From Chiloscyllium plagiosum (lineage: Eukaryota), in contig NC_057717.1 of the NCBI RefSeq assembly GCF_004010195.1, forward strand, positions 69,451,573-69,515,572: a DNA stretch of 64,000 nucleotides. The letters are read 5' to 3'. Positions 36,770 to 50,086 of the stretch are shown here, piece after piece. Positions within the stretch are counted from its first letter, which is position 1; each line of letters starts with the position of its first letter. Below the pieces are notes generated by a model, which was given only the letters and a program-made list of their open reading frames with translations, was not told the DNA's origin and ran no database searches. A program made the position numbers and the translations under genes.

Positions 36770-37110
36770 GTACCAAGATGGTTAATTGAGTGGCCAGGAG
36801 GCTGCAGGGCTGGTTAGTTGTGAGGTGGGGAGTGAGTCATGTTGGGTAATTGAGTGGTAAACAGGGTGTCAGACTGGTTAGTTCAGACATTGGCAAGACG
36901 TCAGACTGGTTAGTTGAGAATTTGGCAGAGTGTCGGACTGGTTAGTTGCGAGATGTGCAGGCTGTCGGGCTGGTTAGTTGAGAGTTTGGCAGGGTGTCAG
37001 ACTGGTTATTTAAGAGATGGGCAGAGTGTCAGACTGGTTAGCTGAGAGCTGGGCAGGCTGCCGGGCTGGTTAGTTGAGAGGTGGGCAGGGTGTCGGGAAG
37101 TTTAGTTGAT
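36770..37110 (+). repeat. G-rich ~31-32-bp degenerate tandem repeat in the J-CH1 intron (paralog 57160-57520)
   Basis: Recurring GGCAGGGTGTCRGACTGGTTAGTTGAGAG. Confidence 0.88.
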
Positions 37111-38317
37111 CGCCTTATCAGAATGCTGGGCTGTTTCGATGACAGAAGGTTACTGTACTGATGTGTCAAGTGGATATGATGTCAAAACTTAAAGCTCGGA
37201 GTGTGGCGAAGGGCTGATGGGAACAGAGCTAGGATGCAATTTGCACAGGTTGACTTGGGTAAGATGAGAGGTTAGTGGTGAAGGTCTGAGGTCATATCTG
37301 GGGGAGTGGTATCCTGTCAGGGGTTGTGAAAAGTCTGATGTCAGGACTAGATTCACCAAGGACCAGGTGCAGTGTAGCAGGAATGGAATTGAGTGAAAGA
37401 AATCGAGATTACATTGTCGTTCGGAATATGGATTGCCTTGAATGTGTGTTATCTCTTGAGATGAGGGTCATGTGTTCCGAGGGTGGATGAGCGTGTAACA
37501 GTGTAGGGGTTGTCAATGTGAGTGGAAATTGAGGTTGAGAGAGAGAGTCAGAGCGGTGGTTAGTCTGAGAGATTAGAGTTTTACCATGAACTGCTTGTAA
37601 GTTTAATAGTTATTGGAGTAAGAGTACTTGTTCATTTCTCGAATCATATTCACATAAATGCTCAGTTCAGCTAGCTGTCGCACTCCAAAGTCTCTGAACC
37701 TTAATGGTCCTCTATGTTTCTGAGGCCTCCAGAATTCAGATAATTGTCAAGTCGATCATTGAGCTTCCAGATAATTGGCATGATATCAGCTGTGACAGAC
37801 ATTCTCTCAGTCCCAGTGCCCTGCAACTGCCTTCTTCACAGAGAGGAGTTTCTGACTGACATTGATAAGCGAGGAAGGGACACTGCACTCGAAACGTTCA
37901 CTCTGCTTTCTCTCCACTGATGCTGCCAGTTGTTGGGTTTCTCCAGCAACTTCGGTTTTTATTTCCAATCCCAACTTCCACCTTTTCTTGGTTTGCATTT
38001 TGTGAAACGACTATGCTCGTCACCTGCAATCCAATGAAAGTGTTAGTTGGTGAGCGTTTCTAACAGTTACTTTTCGTGGGATCAGGGCGTTCTTATTTTT
38101 AAGTTATATCGTAATGGTCAAGGTCGAGGGCATATTTCTGACGAGGGAACCAATAGATCATGATCAACGACTGATTGGAAACAAAAATAAACTTAAGGTA
38201 TGCTGAAGATTTTAGCAGGAACACACTGGCATACATTTACAGCTGAGGAAACATTTAGGTAACCAATAAGTTCGAATTATCAGAAAGTAACTTGCTCAAT
38301 TGATCATTCTATCCTAG

Positions 38318-38585
38318 AGACTGTATCTACCCCCACACTTTATGGACTTGCCTCCTCCTGTCAGCAACACAACGCCGACGGTTCTGTGATCTTTGGTTGT
38401 GGTGACGTGGAAGAAAGGTGGGCAGCCAATCACGACTGCATTGAAGACTTATCCATCCGTGAGAAACAAGAAGGGAACTTACACCCTGAGCAGCCAGTTA
38501 ACCCTGCCTGAGTCAGAAGCGGATTGCAGCAAAATCTCCTGTGAGGTTCAACACAGCGGGTCAAAGCAGAGCACTGGAATGCCAT
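38318..38585 (+). pseudogene. IGHM: IgM CH1 exon (+ cluster), frameshifted
   Basis: AG acceptor; [27 protein letters not shown], then a frame change to [33 protein letters not shown]...[15 protein letters not shown]; donor GTAAG. Length 268 bp (3n+1); the LAMDYSP-type segment is missing. Confidence 0.93.
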
Positions 38586-40653
38586 GTAAGTCTTGTGGGA
38601 ACTGAGGTGAACAGTACATCTGTGGTTAACATGAATAGGGCATTAGTTATAATACATTTGACATAGCCATAGAGATATACAGCATAGGAAATGGTCATTC
38701 GGCCAATCCAGTCCAAGCCAATCAATAACAGTTCCCTAACTATTCCAGTTCAATATGTCCGCAATTGATCCATTGCTTTGTGTGACTTGGCATTTCTTAT
38801 ATGCATCTAAATATTTCTCATATATTATGCGGGGCTCAGCCTCGACATGACTTACTGGCACTGAGCTACAGATTCACACCCTCTGTGTGATTTTGTTTTC
38901 CCCGATATCCTCCTGTCCTTACCTTAACCCTATGCCCTTGAGACATTGCTCCATACATTAAGGGAAAATGTTTTGTTCTGTTTACTCTGTGTATGTCTAC
39001 GTTAATTCCAGACATCACAATCATCTTCTCTCTCAATCTGCTCTGCTCCAAGAAAAACCCCAGTTTGGTGAATCACATTTCATACTTAAAAACTTCAAGC
39101 CCAGGAAAAATCCTGGAATATCTCAACAATGCTGCCTTCTGTCTAATCAATTCCTTCAATAACATGCAGTCCTATACTACGCACGATGCTTCATGTCTGT
39201 CTTAACCAGTATTTCATTAATTTCCAGTATCTTCACCCAACACCTAATGTAAATGTCTTGGCTCATAAAAGCAAATACCATTCACACATTCTTAACCTTT
39301 TTATCCCCCTGCCACATAACTATAAGGGATCGATGGGCATGAAATCCTTTTCAGGGTTTCACCATTCAAAACATTATACCTCTTAGTTTCTTCTGACCAA
39401 GTGCATCACCTTAGACTTATCCAGAATGATTTCAATTTGCCATTTCTCAGCACAAGTGGCCAACCCTTCTGTATCTTGCTGCAATCTAAAGCTGTCATGG
39501 TCAGAACCTGCCAACACGGCAATTTTCGCTTCATCTGTGAACTTACTAGCCAAATCTCCTGCAGTATATTCTAAATCACTTTTACATAATAGAGACATCA
39601 ATAAATCAACACTGAATCCTGCAGAACACCACTAGACATATACTTCCAGCCACACAAATATCCTACGGCCATTATCCTCTGCACTCCGCTACTCAGCGAC
39701 CTCAGGATTCAATTCGTCAAATTGACATGATCTCACCTGGCTCTGATCTTTACTATCATCTGGACATCGACTTATTTCTGCGAAAACTACCATCAAATTG
39801 CTCAGACATGACTTTCTCTCAATAAATTCGTGCTGATAATTGTTGATTACTCTTCCAGATGAAGGTTAATTCCCCTCTCCATAGTTACAATGTCTTCCCT
39901 ACTACTGAGTCTAGCTTGAGCCGAGCCTGTGGTTTCATTGTTTTTCCCTTCATCCGTCCTGCATAACAATTCCATTTTGGCAGTTTTGCCCTATCCCCTG
40001 TGGCCAGAAATTATAAATTATTGCCAGCGACCCACTATTTCATCCTTTACCTGGCATACATTTTATCTGCCCTGGAAATATAACTATTTTTCATCCAGCA
40101 AGACAGCACATCACATCATCTATCCTAAATCCTGAACAAAACATCACAACACTTCTCCATGTTTTCGATACCCACATATTCCCTCACACTGGTGAACATC
40201 AACAATCTTTACCGCCCTTCTACCTTTCCTGCCTCGCTTGAAGACATTATATTTGGAATATTGAACTGCCACTCCTCCCCCTCTCTCAACATGTCTCCAT
40301 GATATTAACACTTCCTCCTTTATGCCGTTAACTCATCTGCCTTGTTTATCATGCTCCTATCATTGAAATGAATGCCATCCAACATTACTATCTCACCCTC
40401 TGATTTAACTGGCCTATCATTTCTGTGTCTTCTTGACTTCCTTGCTGTGACCTGTAATTTTAGCATTACATTGTCATTATCACATCGTCCTGCTAATTGT
40501 ACTGTGTTGATCTCAGCTTCTATAACACTCTGCATAATTATGATACTTGTAATAATAAGGTTAGTATCTATTAGCCATAAAAAAACTTTGTTATAATAGA
40601 ACTGAATTTGTTATCAAATTTGTCAGATAATTTATGCAATGTTTTTCATAAAG

Positions 40654-40957
40654 GCCCATTTCTCCCGCCAACTCTTCTTCTGACCGTGGGTCCCAGTGAA
40701 GAAATCGCAAGTAGCAAGTTTGCAACCATCATCTGTTCAATCATTGATTTCCATCCGAAGGAAATCTCCGTGCCATGGTTGAAAAATGGCCGTGGATTCT
40801 GTTGTCTTCACGTCTCCTGTGTGTGAGGCGGATGGGAACTTCTCGGTGATGAGTCGGCTGACAGTCCCTTATGGTGAATGGTTCAACAACGCAGTCTATA
40901 CCTGCCAGGTCACTCATGGAGAGAACACTCAAAGTCAAAACATCACCACACACCAGG
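40654..40957 (+). pseudogene. IGHM: IgM CH2 exon (+ cluster), 5-bp deletion and dead splice donor
   Basis: [45 protein letters not shown] / [43 protein letters not shown]. Lacks the AATCC present in the paralog; donor reads ATAAG instead of GTAAG. Confidence 0.93.
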
Positions 40958-42791
40958 ATAAGACATACATACGAGAGAACTAGAAATCATTTTGAACTCC
41001 CATGTGAATCAGATACACACATTGATCAAATTTAGTGAACAGCACTAAGGTGTACAGCATCCCATTCACAAACGTGTCATGTATTTCAGTTTGAGTGTTA
41101 CATTGGCATTGCTCATTATTCAACATTATGTCAAATCAGAAAAGCATGTTTCCCTTTATATTGAAGACATATAGGCAGTGAGCTGGATTAATAGTCTTTT
41201 TTAAAGTAGTTTGTTGGCTGACCACATTTTTGGAGAGGCAGAGTGCCGAATCCATACCTGGTGACTTGCTTAAGGATAAAGGGTTGGGGTGGGGGAGGGG
41301 TGCGTGTCTGGTGGGGGCCGGGGTGCAGGGTCAGAGAAGTATTTCTTTGAAACAGAGAGCATGCTGAGAGGCCGAGATTGGATGAACGTGGAGTAAATGT
41401 ATTGGCCAGTCGGCTAGAGTAGGACATGAGTGCATATCCTCGGAGTCAAAGGGTGCACCATTTGGCATTGACATGGGGAAGAATTTCTTCAGCCAGAGGG
41501 TGGTGGATGTGTGGAATTAATTGCTCAGAGGGTTATGGAGGCCAAGTCAGTGATTGTATTTAAGGTGGCGATAGATCGGTTCGTACATGGAGAAGGCTGG
41601 AGAATGGAGTAGAAGAACATACCAGCCATGATCGAATGGCAGGGCAGACTCGATTGGCCGAACTGCCTCATTCTGCACCTTTACCTTACTATCTTGTGAC
41701 ATCGTAAAATGTGCAGCGACCCTTTTTTCAAAAGAGATCAAAATCTGTTCAGTGCTTCATTTCCAGTTCAGGAATGACTTGTTGTCCTTGGGCATTGTAC
41801 GTCATAGATTTTATCTGGTACTGAGCTCTTCAACTTCATTCATGGGACCAGGCCGCAGACCAAGTTGGTATCACATTTGATTAATCTGGATAAACATGAC
41901 CTAATTGTGCCTCTTTAAGATACTCTCTGCAATTAGTGGATGTGGCAGGAGAATACATTCTAGTGGTAAGGCGATGAACGATCTAGGAATTTGAGTCAGA
42001 CTGATTGAGCCCAGGTGAGGATGGAAATGTTCATGCATGAGCAGTGGAAGTCTGAATAATACTCGCGCAAATTTCCATCAAGTTGGTAGAATAATTTAAG
42101 ACACTCGTATTTGTTTAGTCTTTGTTCTACTAAGGAATTCACTGTTTTGTTTTTAGATCTACTCCAAATTTGACAGGAGTGATAATATCTCATGGTATGT
42201 TTTAGAGAATGATCTCACACCAATAATGTCAATTATTTTCAATAACGTTAAAGATATTGATTAGAATTTCTGTTACTGATCACTGCCCCGTAACACCTTA
42301 TATCCTCTGCAAATACATGAGAACAAAGACAATAATTATGATTGATTACAGTTTGCCCAAAATTCAGGATGTAATTTGGCATTCAGAATGCCCAGCAGCA
42401 TTTGCAAGTAAGTTTCATGAACATAGAAATGAAGTCGTTATATTCAGATTACTCTTGTCACAAGTATCAATGGATGGTCGTAAGTGAGAGATGAACTCTG
42501 GAAGGAAGGTAATTCCATGTGTTACGCCATGGTATCTTTGATTTTACTTTTTCACAGGTTTCACTTGTTACAAAGCCAGTGTTCTTTATGAATGATTACA
42601 CGGGGCATGTTATAGATAATAACAAATGTTTTCACAAATCAAAATATATAAACAACAGGAATCATCATTTCAGCAATAGTTGGAAGCTGCCATTTCAAAG
42701 TGGTTTCTTCACTTCATGTGGGAGTAGCCTGAAGACTCGGTGTTTTGATTCTACAGAGGCATTTTTCATTGATTTGATTTTTGTTTCATAG

Positions 42792-43100
42792 AGGTTAATG
42801 AGTGCCACGATTACACAGTTAAAATTCTACCACCGCCAGTAGAACAGGTCTTACTGGAGGCGACGGTGACATTAACCTGTGTTGTGTCCAAGCTTCCTTC
42901 TGGAGTCAATGTCACCTGGATACAAGAAAAGAAGACTCTGAAATCAGAGATTGCTAACCAGCCTGGAGAAGATACCGACAGCGTGATCAGCATATTGAGC
43001 ATTTCTACTCAAACCTGGCTGAGTCACGTTAGTTTTGAATGCGTGGTGAATCATCCGTATCTACCGACTCCTCTGAGAGACTCCATCCGCAAGGGAAATG
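42792..43100 (+). pseudogene. IGHM: IgM CH3 exon (+ cluster); this exon is intact
   Basis: 309 bp with AG/GT boundaries; [42 protein letters not shown]...[22 protein letters not shown]. Confidence 0.93.
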
Positions 43101-44544
43101 GTGAGCGTAGAGATGAAAGAACAAAGTATTCCATGTGTAATCTAGATCCAGTTACACACATGGCATGCTTAGATTGGCTCCAAATAACGTTGGAACCATA
43201 AAAGATGTGTCTGATGGCAGGATAGCTAAATATCTGATTGAGAACAGAATGGACCAAAGGTTGNNNNNNNNNNNNNNNNNNNNNNNNNNNNNNNNNNNNN
43301 NNNNNNNNNNNNNNNNNNNNNNNNNNNNNNNNNNNNNNNNNNNNNNNNNNNNNNNNNNNNNNNNNNNNNNNNNNNNNNNNNNNNNNNNNNNNNNNNNNNN
43401 NNNNNNNNNNNNNNNNNNNNNNNNNNNNNNNNNNNNNNNNNNNNNNNNNNNNNNNNNNNNNNNNNNNNNNNNNNNNNNNNNNNNNNNNNNNNNNNNNNNN
43501 NNNNNNNNNNNNNNNNNNNNNNNNNNNNNNNNNNNNNNNNNNNNNNNNNNNNNNNNNNNNNNNNNNNNNNNNNNNNNNNNNNNNNNNNNNNNNNNNNNNN
43601 NNNNNNNNNNNNNNNNNNNNNNNNNNNNNNNNNNNNNNNNNNNNNNNNNNNNNNNNNNNNNNNNNNNNNNNNNNNNNNNNNNNNNNNNNNNNNNNNNNNN
43701 NNNNNNNNNNNNNNNNNNNNNNNNNNNNNNNNNNNNNNNNNNNNNNNNNNNNNNNNNNNNNNNATTATTTCTGTATTTGTAATAACTTTTATCAACCCGT
43801 CAATTTACATTTAATTGTTACAGTTATCATGTGAATTACTGCACTTCACTGAGTACTTAACCAAAACAATCCCCAAAGCACAATAAAGTAAAACTGCAAA
43901 TTAAATACTGTCTCTAATTATTACAAAATAAAAGCATTTAGCAATTCAATGACATCAAATTGCTGGGAATCTGGTAAGCTAGTCAGATCTGAGGTCGGCA
44001 AGAAGTTACAGGAGGTCATTAATAAATTTACAGTGCGGTGAAATAATTGGCAAACGAAATTCGACACAGATGAATGTAACGTGATGTATCTTGGTAGGAA
44101 TAGTGTAGCAGGTCACTTATTCGAATTTGCACGTCTAATTGGGAGAGACAGATAAAGGGGTCTCACACAATTACATCAGTCACTAAAAAAAATGCCAAAG
44201 GAAAACGAAGACCATCAAAACACAAACAAAGCTCTAAGCTTTATGAATAAATGGAGAGATTTGAAAGTAGGGATATCTTGCTAAATTCCTACTAAAACTG
44301 GTTTCGATTTTAATTAAAAGTATTGCGTGCAGTTCCTGCTGCCACGTTATAGAATGGACACACAAGCAGTGGAGAGGATGAAGAGAGATTTAAAAGAGTG
44401 AAACACAAAATTTTTAGTGTGTATATTTTTGGAGGAGTTGTCGTGCTGTTCCCTCTTTCTTGAAAAGAAAAACAGGCTGAGGAGTCAAAAATTATGAAAG
44501 GTTTTGATAAGAGCAGAGGCAGAGAAAACATTTCCTCCATGAGG

Positions 44545-46556
44545 TAGAGCAGAAGTAGAGGTTGTCAACAAAAAGAAGGAAGCATATATCCGGTTTAGAC
44601 AGTATAGATCGAGTGAATACTTAGAAGAGTATAAAGGCAATTGGAGTGTACTTAAGTGAGAAATCAGGCGGGTAAAAAAGGGGACATCAGATGGCTTTGG
44701 CAAACAGAGTTAGGGAGAATCCAAAGGGCTTTGATAAATACATTAAGGAGAAAAGGGCATCTAGGGAGAGAATAGGGCCCCTCAAAGATCAGCAAGGCGG
44801 CCATTGTGTGGAGCCGCAGATGATGGGGCAGATACTGAGCAACTATTTTGCATCAATATTTATTGGGGAAAAGCAAATCGAAGATGTGGAATGCAGGGAA
44901 ATAAATGGTGACATCTTGAAAAATGTCCATATTACAGAGGAGGAAATGCTGGATGTGTTGAAACGCATAAAAGTTATAAATCCCCAGGACCTGATCAGGT
45001 GTACCCTAGAACTCTGTGGAAAGCTAGGGTAGTGATTGCAGGGCCTCTTACTGAGATATCTGTATCATTGATAGTCACAGGTGAGGTGCCCGAAGCTTGG
45101 AGGTTGGCGAACGTGGTGCCACTAATTAAGAAAGGTGGTAAGGACAAATCAGGGAGCTACAGACCAGAAAGTTTGCTGTCAGTGGTGGGCACGTTGTTGG
45201 AGGGAATCCTGAGGGACAGGATGTACATGTAATTGGAAAGGCAAGGACTTATTAGGGATAATCAACATGGATTTATGCGTGGGAAATCATGTCTCAAAAA
45301 CTTGCTTGAGTTTTTTTGAAGAAGTAACAAAGATATTGATGAGGGCAGAGTGGTAGACATTATCTATATGGACATCAGTAAGGCGTGCAACAAGGTTTCA
45401 AGGCGTGCAACAAGGTTTCCCATGAGAGACTGGTGAGCAAGGTTAGATCTCATGGAATACTGGGCCTACTCACCATTTGGATACAGAACTGACTCAAAGG
45501 TAGAAGACAGAGGATGGGAGTGGAGGGTTGTTTATCAGACTGGAGGCCTGTGACCAGTGGAGTGCCACAAAGATTGTTGCGAGGACCATTACATTTCATC
45601 ATTTATGTAAATGATTTGGATATGAGAATAAGAAATATAGTTGGTCCGTTTACAGATGACACCAAAATTGGAGGTGTAGTGGACAGCGAAGGTTACTCCA
45701 GGTTATAAAGGGATCTTTTTCAGATGGGACAATGAGCTGAGAAGTGACAGGTGGAGTTTAATTTAGATAAATGTGATGTGCTGCATTTCAGGAAAGCAAA
45801 TTTTAGCAGGACTTATGGTCAGGTCCTAGGGAGTGTTACTGAACAAAAAGACCTTGAAGTCCAGGTTCACAGCTCCTTGAAAGCGGAGTCGCAGGCAGAT
45901 AGGATAGTGAAGAATGCGTTTTGTATGCTTTCCTTTATTGGTCAGAGTACTGAGTACAGGAGTTGGGAGATCACGGCGCAGCTGGACGGACATTGATTAG
46001 GCCACGTTTGGAATATTGCGCGCTATTCTGGTCTCCTTCCTATCAGAAATAAATGTTGTGAATCTTGGAAGTGTTCAGAAAACATTTACAAGGATATTGC
46101 CAGGATTGAAGGATTTAACCCATCGGGAGAAGTTGAAACCGCTAGGGTTATTTTCCCTGAAGAATCGAAGATTGAAGGGTGACCTTATAGAGGTTTAGAA
46201 AATCATAAGGGGCTTTGATAGGATAAATAGACAATGTAATTTCCCTGGGATGGGGGAGTCCAGAACGAGGGGGCATAGATTTAGGGTGGGAAGGGAAAGA
46301 TACAAAAGAGACCTAAGAGGCAACATTTTCACTCAGAGGGTGATATATGTATGGAGTGAGCTGCCAGAGGAAGTGGTGACGGCTAGTACAATTGCAACAT
46401 TTAAAAGACATTTGGATAGGTCTATGAATAGGAAGACTTGGACGGATATGGGCCATGTGCTGGCACGTGTGACTCGACTTGGTTCAGATATGTGGTCGGC
46501 ATGGATGAGTTGGACCCAAGAGACTATTTCCGTGCTGTACATCTCTATGACTCTAT
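44545..46556 (+). mobile_element. CR1 LINE degenerate copy with 3' tail
   Basis: KENPK-like RENPKGF; WRLANVVPLIKKG; VTSGVPQ; FTDDTKIGG; FTQRVIYVWSELP; CTCTATGA tail. Confidence 0.92.
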
Positions 46557-46584
46557 GAGTCCCCACGAAATCCAAAAGGGAATT

Positions 46585-48160
46585 AAGATGAACCTGCACT
46601 CCAAGATCTCTGTTCAACAACACACCCTAGGACCTTACCATTAACTGCCTAAATCCTGCTAAGATTTGCTTTCCCAAAATACAGCACGTCGCATTTATTT
46701 GAATTAAACTCCATCTGCCACTTCTCAGCCCATTGGCCGAACTGGTCGAGATCCTGTTGTAATCTGAGGTAACCTTCTTCGCTGCCCACTACACCTCCAA
46801 TTTTGGTGTCATCTGCAAACTTACTAGCTGTAACTCTTAAGCTCGGTTCCAAATCATTTTTACAACTGACAAAAAGTATAGGTCCTAGCACCAATCCTTG
46901 TGGCACTCCACTAGTCAAAGGCCTCCAGTCTGAAAAACAACCTTCCACCACCACGCTCTGTCTTCTACATTTGAGCCAGTTCTGTATCCAAATGCCTAGT
47001 TCACCCTGTATTTAAGATCTAACCTTGCTGACCAGTCTGCTCTGGGGAGCTTTGCCGAATATCTTACTGAAGTCCATATAGAACACCTGTAGCTGTCAAC
47101 TGTCCATCCTCATCTAATTCGTCCGTTTTCCATTGATAACATCTTCATCAATCATGGTGCACACTTTCCAACCCATCAGAACTCTTTACTTGCGCAGTGT
47201 AAAATATTATTCCCCTTTATGTTGATATTCCTGCAGCTATCCTGATGAAAGTAAGATTTTTTAAAAACTGGAACAATACATGTGCTATTTTAAAGCAGTA
47301 CCCAAGATGTGGATTTGAATATGGGAACTTTTTGCAAATGGGGTATCCAAAATACAACTGGTATGATTAAAACGGAATCTAGGTTAAGGACTCGGAATGG
47401 TTTAACTCAGGATGTCCCACCTAAACAATCCTTGTGGCACTCCACTAGTCACAGGCCTCCAGTCTGAAAAACAACCTTCCACCACCACGCTCTGTCTTCT
47501 ACATTTGAGCCAGTTCTGTATCCAAATGCCTAGTTCACCCTGTATTTAAGATCTACCCTTGCTGACCAGTCTGCTCTGGGGAGCTTCGCCGAATATCTTA
47601 CTGAACACCTGTACTGCTCTGTCCTCATCAATCCTCTTTATTATTTCTTCAAACAAGCTTAGTCAAGTTTGTGAGACATGATTTCCCTCGCACCAAGTCA
47701 CGTGGACGATCCCTAATAAGTCCTTGCCTTTTGAAATACAGGCACATCCTGTCCCTCAGGATTCCCTGCATCTTTATGCATTTCAAGACATCCAGCACTT
47801 CCTTCACTGTAATATGGACATTTTGCAAGGTGTCACCATCTATTTCCCTACAATCTGTATCTTCTATATCCTTTTCCAAAGTAAATACTGATGCAAAATA
47901 CTCGTTTGGCATCTCCCCATTTTCTGCAGCTCCACACAAAGGCCGCTTTGTCGATCTCTGAGGGGTCCTATTCTCTCCCGACTTACCCTTTTGTTCTTAA
48001 TGTATTTGTAAAAACCTTTTGAATTCTCCTTAATTCTATCTGCGAAAGCTATCTCTTAAATATACTCCTCCTGCTGTTATACTATTTTTAGGATGACTCA
48101 GTCTATCCTGTCTATACCTGACATCTGCTTCCTTCGTTTTCTTAACTAAACCCTCAATTT
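46585..48160 (-). mobile_element. Rearranged CR1 copy, same family and opposite orientation
   Basis: SDWRPLTSGVPQGLVLGP...KFADDTKIGG; GKSCLTNL; internal duplication and deletions. Confidence 0.88.
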
Positions 48161-48164
48161 CTTA

Positions 48165-48640
48165 CCTGGATCGGTGCAACTCTGACAATCCTGAACAAGC
48201 TAGACACAAAGCTGCCTGCCTGTTTGGCACCACATCCACAAACATTCAGTCCCTCCATCACCAGCACTCAGTGGCAGCAGTTATTACACTCTACATGGTG
48301 CACTGCGGAAATTTACCAAAGTTTCCAAGACAGCATCTTCCAAACACACAACCACTTCCATCCAGAAAGACAAGGGGAGCAGGTGCTTGGGAGCACCACC
48401 ATCTGGAAGTCCCCTCCAAGCCACTCACCATCCTGACTTGGAAATATATCGCCATTCCTTCACAGTCGTTGGGTCAAACCCTGAAATTCCCTCCCTACTA
48501 GCGTTGTGGGTCAACCCACAGCACATGGACTGCAGAAATTCAAGAAGGCAGCTCACCACTACCTTCTCGAGGGCAATCAGAGATGGGCTATCAATGCTGG
48601 ACAGCCAGCGATGCCCAGGTCCCACAAATGAATAAACAAT
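48165..48640 (+). mobile_element. Non-LTR retrotransposon 3' end
   Basis: Ends ...CCAGCGATGCCCAGGTCCCACAAATGAATAAA; same family as 9817-10475. Confidence 0.6.
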
Positions 48641-50086
48641 AAATCACCATTGTATGAAACGAATTGAGTTTTAACAACATTATAAATCCTTTCATACAAA
48701 CACACACAGAAACGTCTCAAGTGTAAAGCACTGAACGTGAATATTTTTTCTCGCATGGCCGCTGTTCAATTTTAGCTTGACAGCACTGAAATAGCTGTGT
48801 TCATAATACTACCGCTTGGTGAAGTTTCATGCGCCAACTGGAGGGATGTTAAATGAATTATTAATGGCCTCAGCAGAACCTGCCAACCTGGCCCTGGCAA
48901 CATTGTGTACACGCCGCCTCCCATGGCCTCTTCTACTCATTTGCTTGGATTTCCAGTTGCAGTAATGACTGTGATCGTGGATAGGAGGCTGTTCCAGTAT
49001 GCAGTTTGGACACGCTGCTGTTAGCTATATGGTTTTGTTTAGGTGGGACATCCTGAGTTTTCAGGGGTGCCTCTAGTATTCAGTATATGGTATCCCACAC
49101 AACGGAGGACCCACCTACTGCTCATAAAATGTCAGCATTGATGGGAACAGACTCTACATTGTCCAACTGAGTGGCCATCCTTTCCCTGTTTTGAAATCAA
49201 TAAAACACCATTCAGATGGAAATATGAGAGGCACTGCAACTCCTTCCTTCCCTTAGGTGAAAGTGTGGACTGCAGATGCTGGAGATTTGAGTCGATTAGA
49301 GTGATTCGGGAAAAGCAGAGCAGGTCAGGCAGCATCCGATGAGCAGGCATCACCATTCCTGATGAAAGGCTCTTGCTCAAGGCATCTTTTTTCCGCTGTT
49401 CAAATGCTGCCTTACCTGCTGTACTTTTACCAGCACCACTCTAATCTTGACTCTTTCCTTCCCTTGAAATTTTACAGCCTATTATCCACCTCATGACGTT
49501 GCAGCCTGTCCCTGCAGGGCTGATAGAACCCAGTCTGATTAATGTAAACCTGGTTCCAATATACAAGAACATGAAAATGTGGCAAACTGGTCAATATTGA
49601 TAAAGTTCAACAAAAACAGTCTTGACTTACTCTGAAATTCAGAACTGTGACTTGGGCTCAGATCAATAAAAATGGAAGAAGTACATAAACAACCACTGTC
49701 ATCCATCCGAAACAATTTTCTCTGAATGTCAATGTATAGTCCACTATTTGGAATGGATCAGTGCATTAGAAAAGCTAATGAGAAGCAGCAATATTTTGGA
49801 TCAGATGTGCACACAGTTTGAAGTTGTTTCTTGCCTCAGTTTTGCGAGAGGTTTCGCAGATACATTCCAATTAGCATGAATTAAGTTTGCTAAAGTGAGC
49901 ATCAAATTCTCTTATTTATGAGGCGCTTTAATTGCAAATGATGAACTGATTGCCAAACAGGAGAAAGTTATTGGCAAGTACCAGAAGAGTTAGGAAGGAT
50001 GACCAGACACATGAAACAGGGGCTTTCAAAAAGAGTGAATGAGTTTTAGAGGTCATCTGAGGAAGTTATCAAGAGAATAAAGCCAA

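Larger units (their letters stand above)
30287..43261 (+). repeat. Left arm of large inverted segmental duplication (partner 50675-61359)
   Basis: Colinear reverse-complement match over introns, exons and old repeats, also visible as paired near-identical ORFs (37807/56266, 38393/55659, 39929/54139, 33405/59529). The arm runs into the gap at 43264. Confidence 0.95.

Noticed and set aside
9002-43834. ORFs running through X stretches (9002, 9020, 22098, 22176, 23910-23961, 43165-43238)
   Set aside because: Created by N-gaps.
48640-50040. Searched for IgM transmembrane exons downstream of the - strand CH4
   Set aside because: No FIILFLLS/TLVKVK-type TM peptide was recognised by eye.
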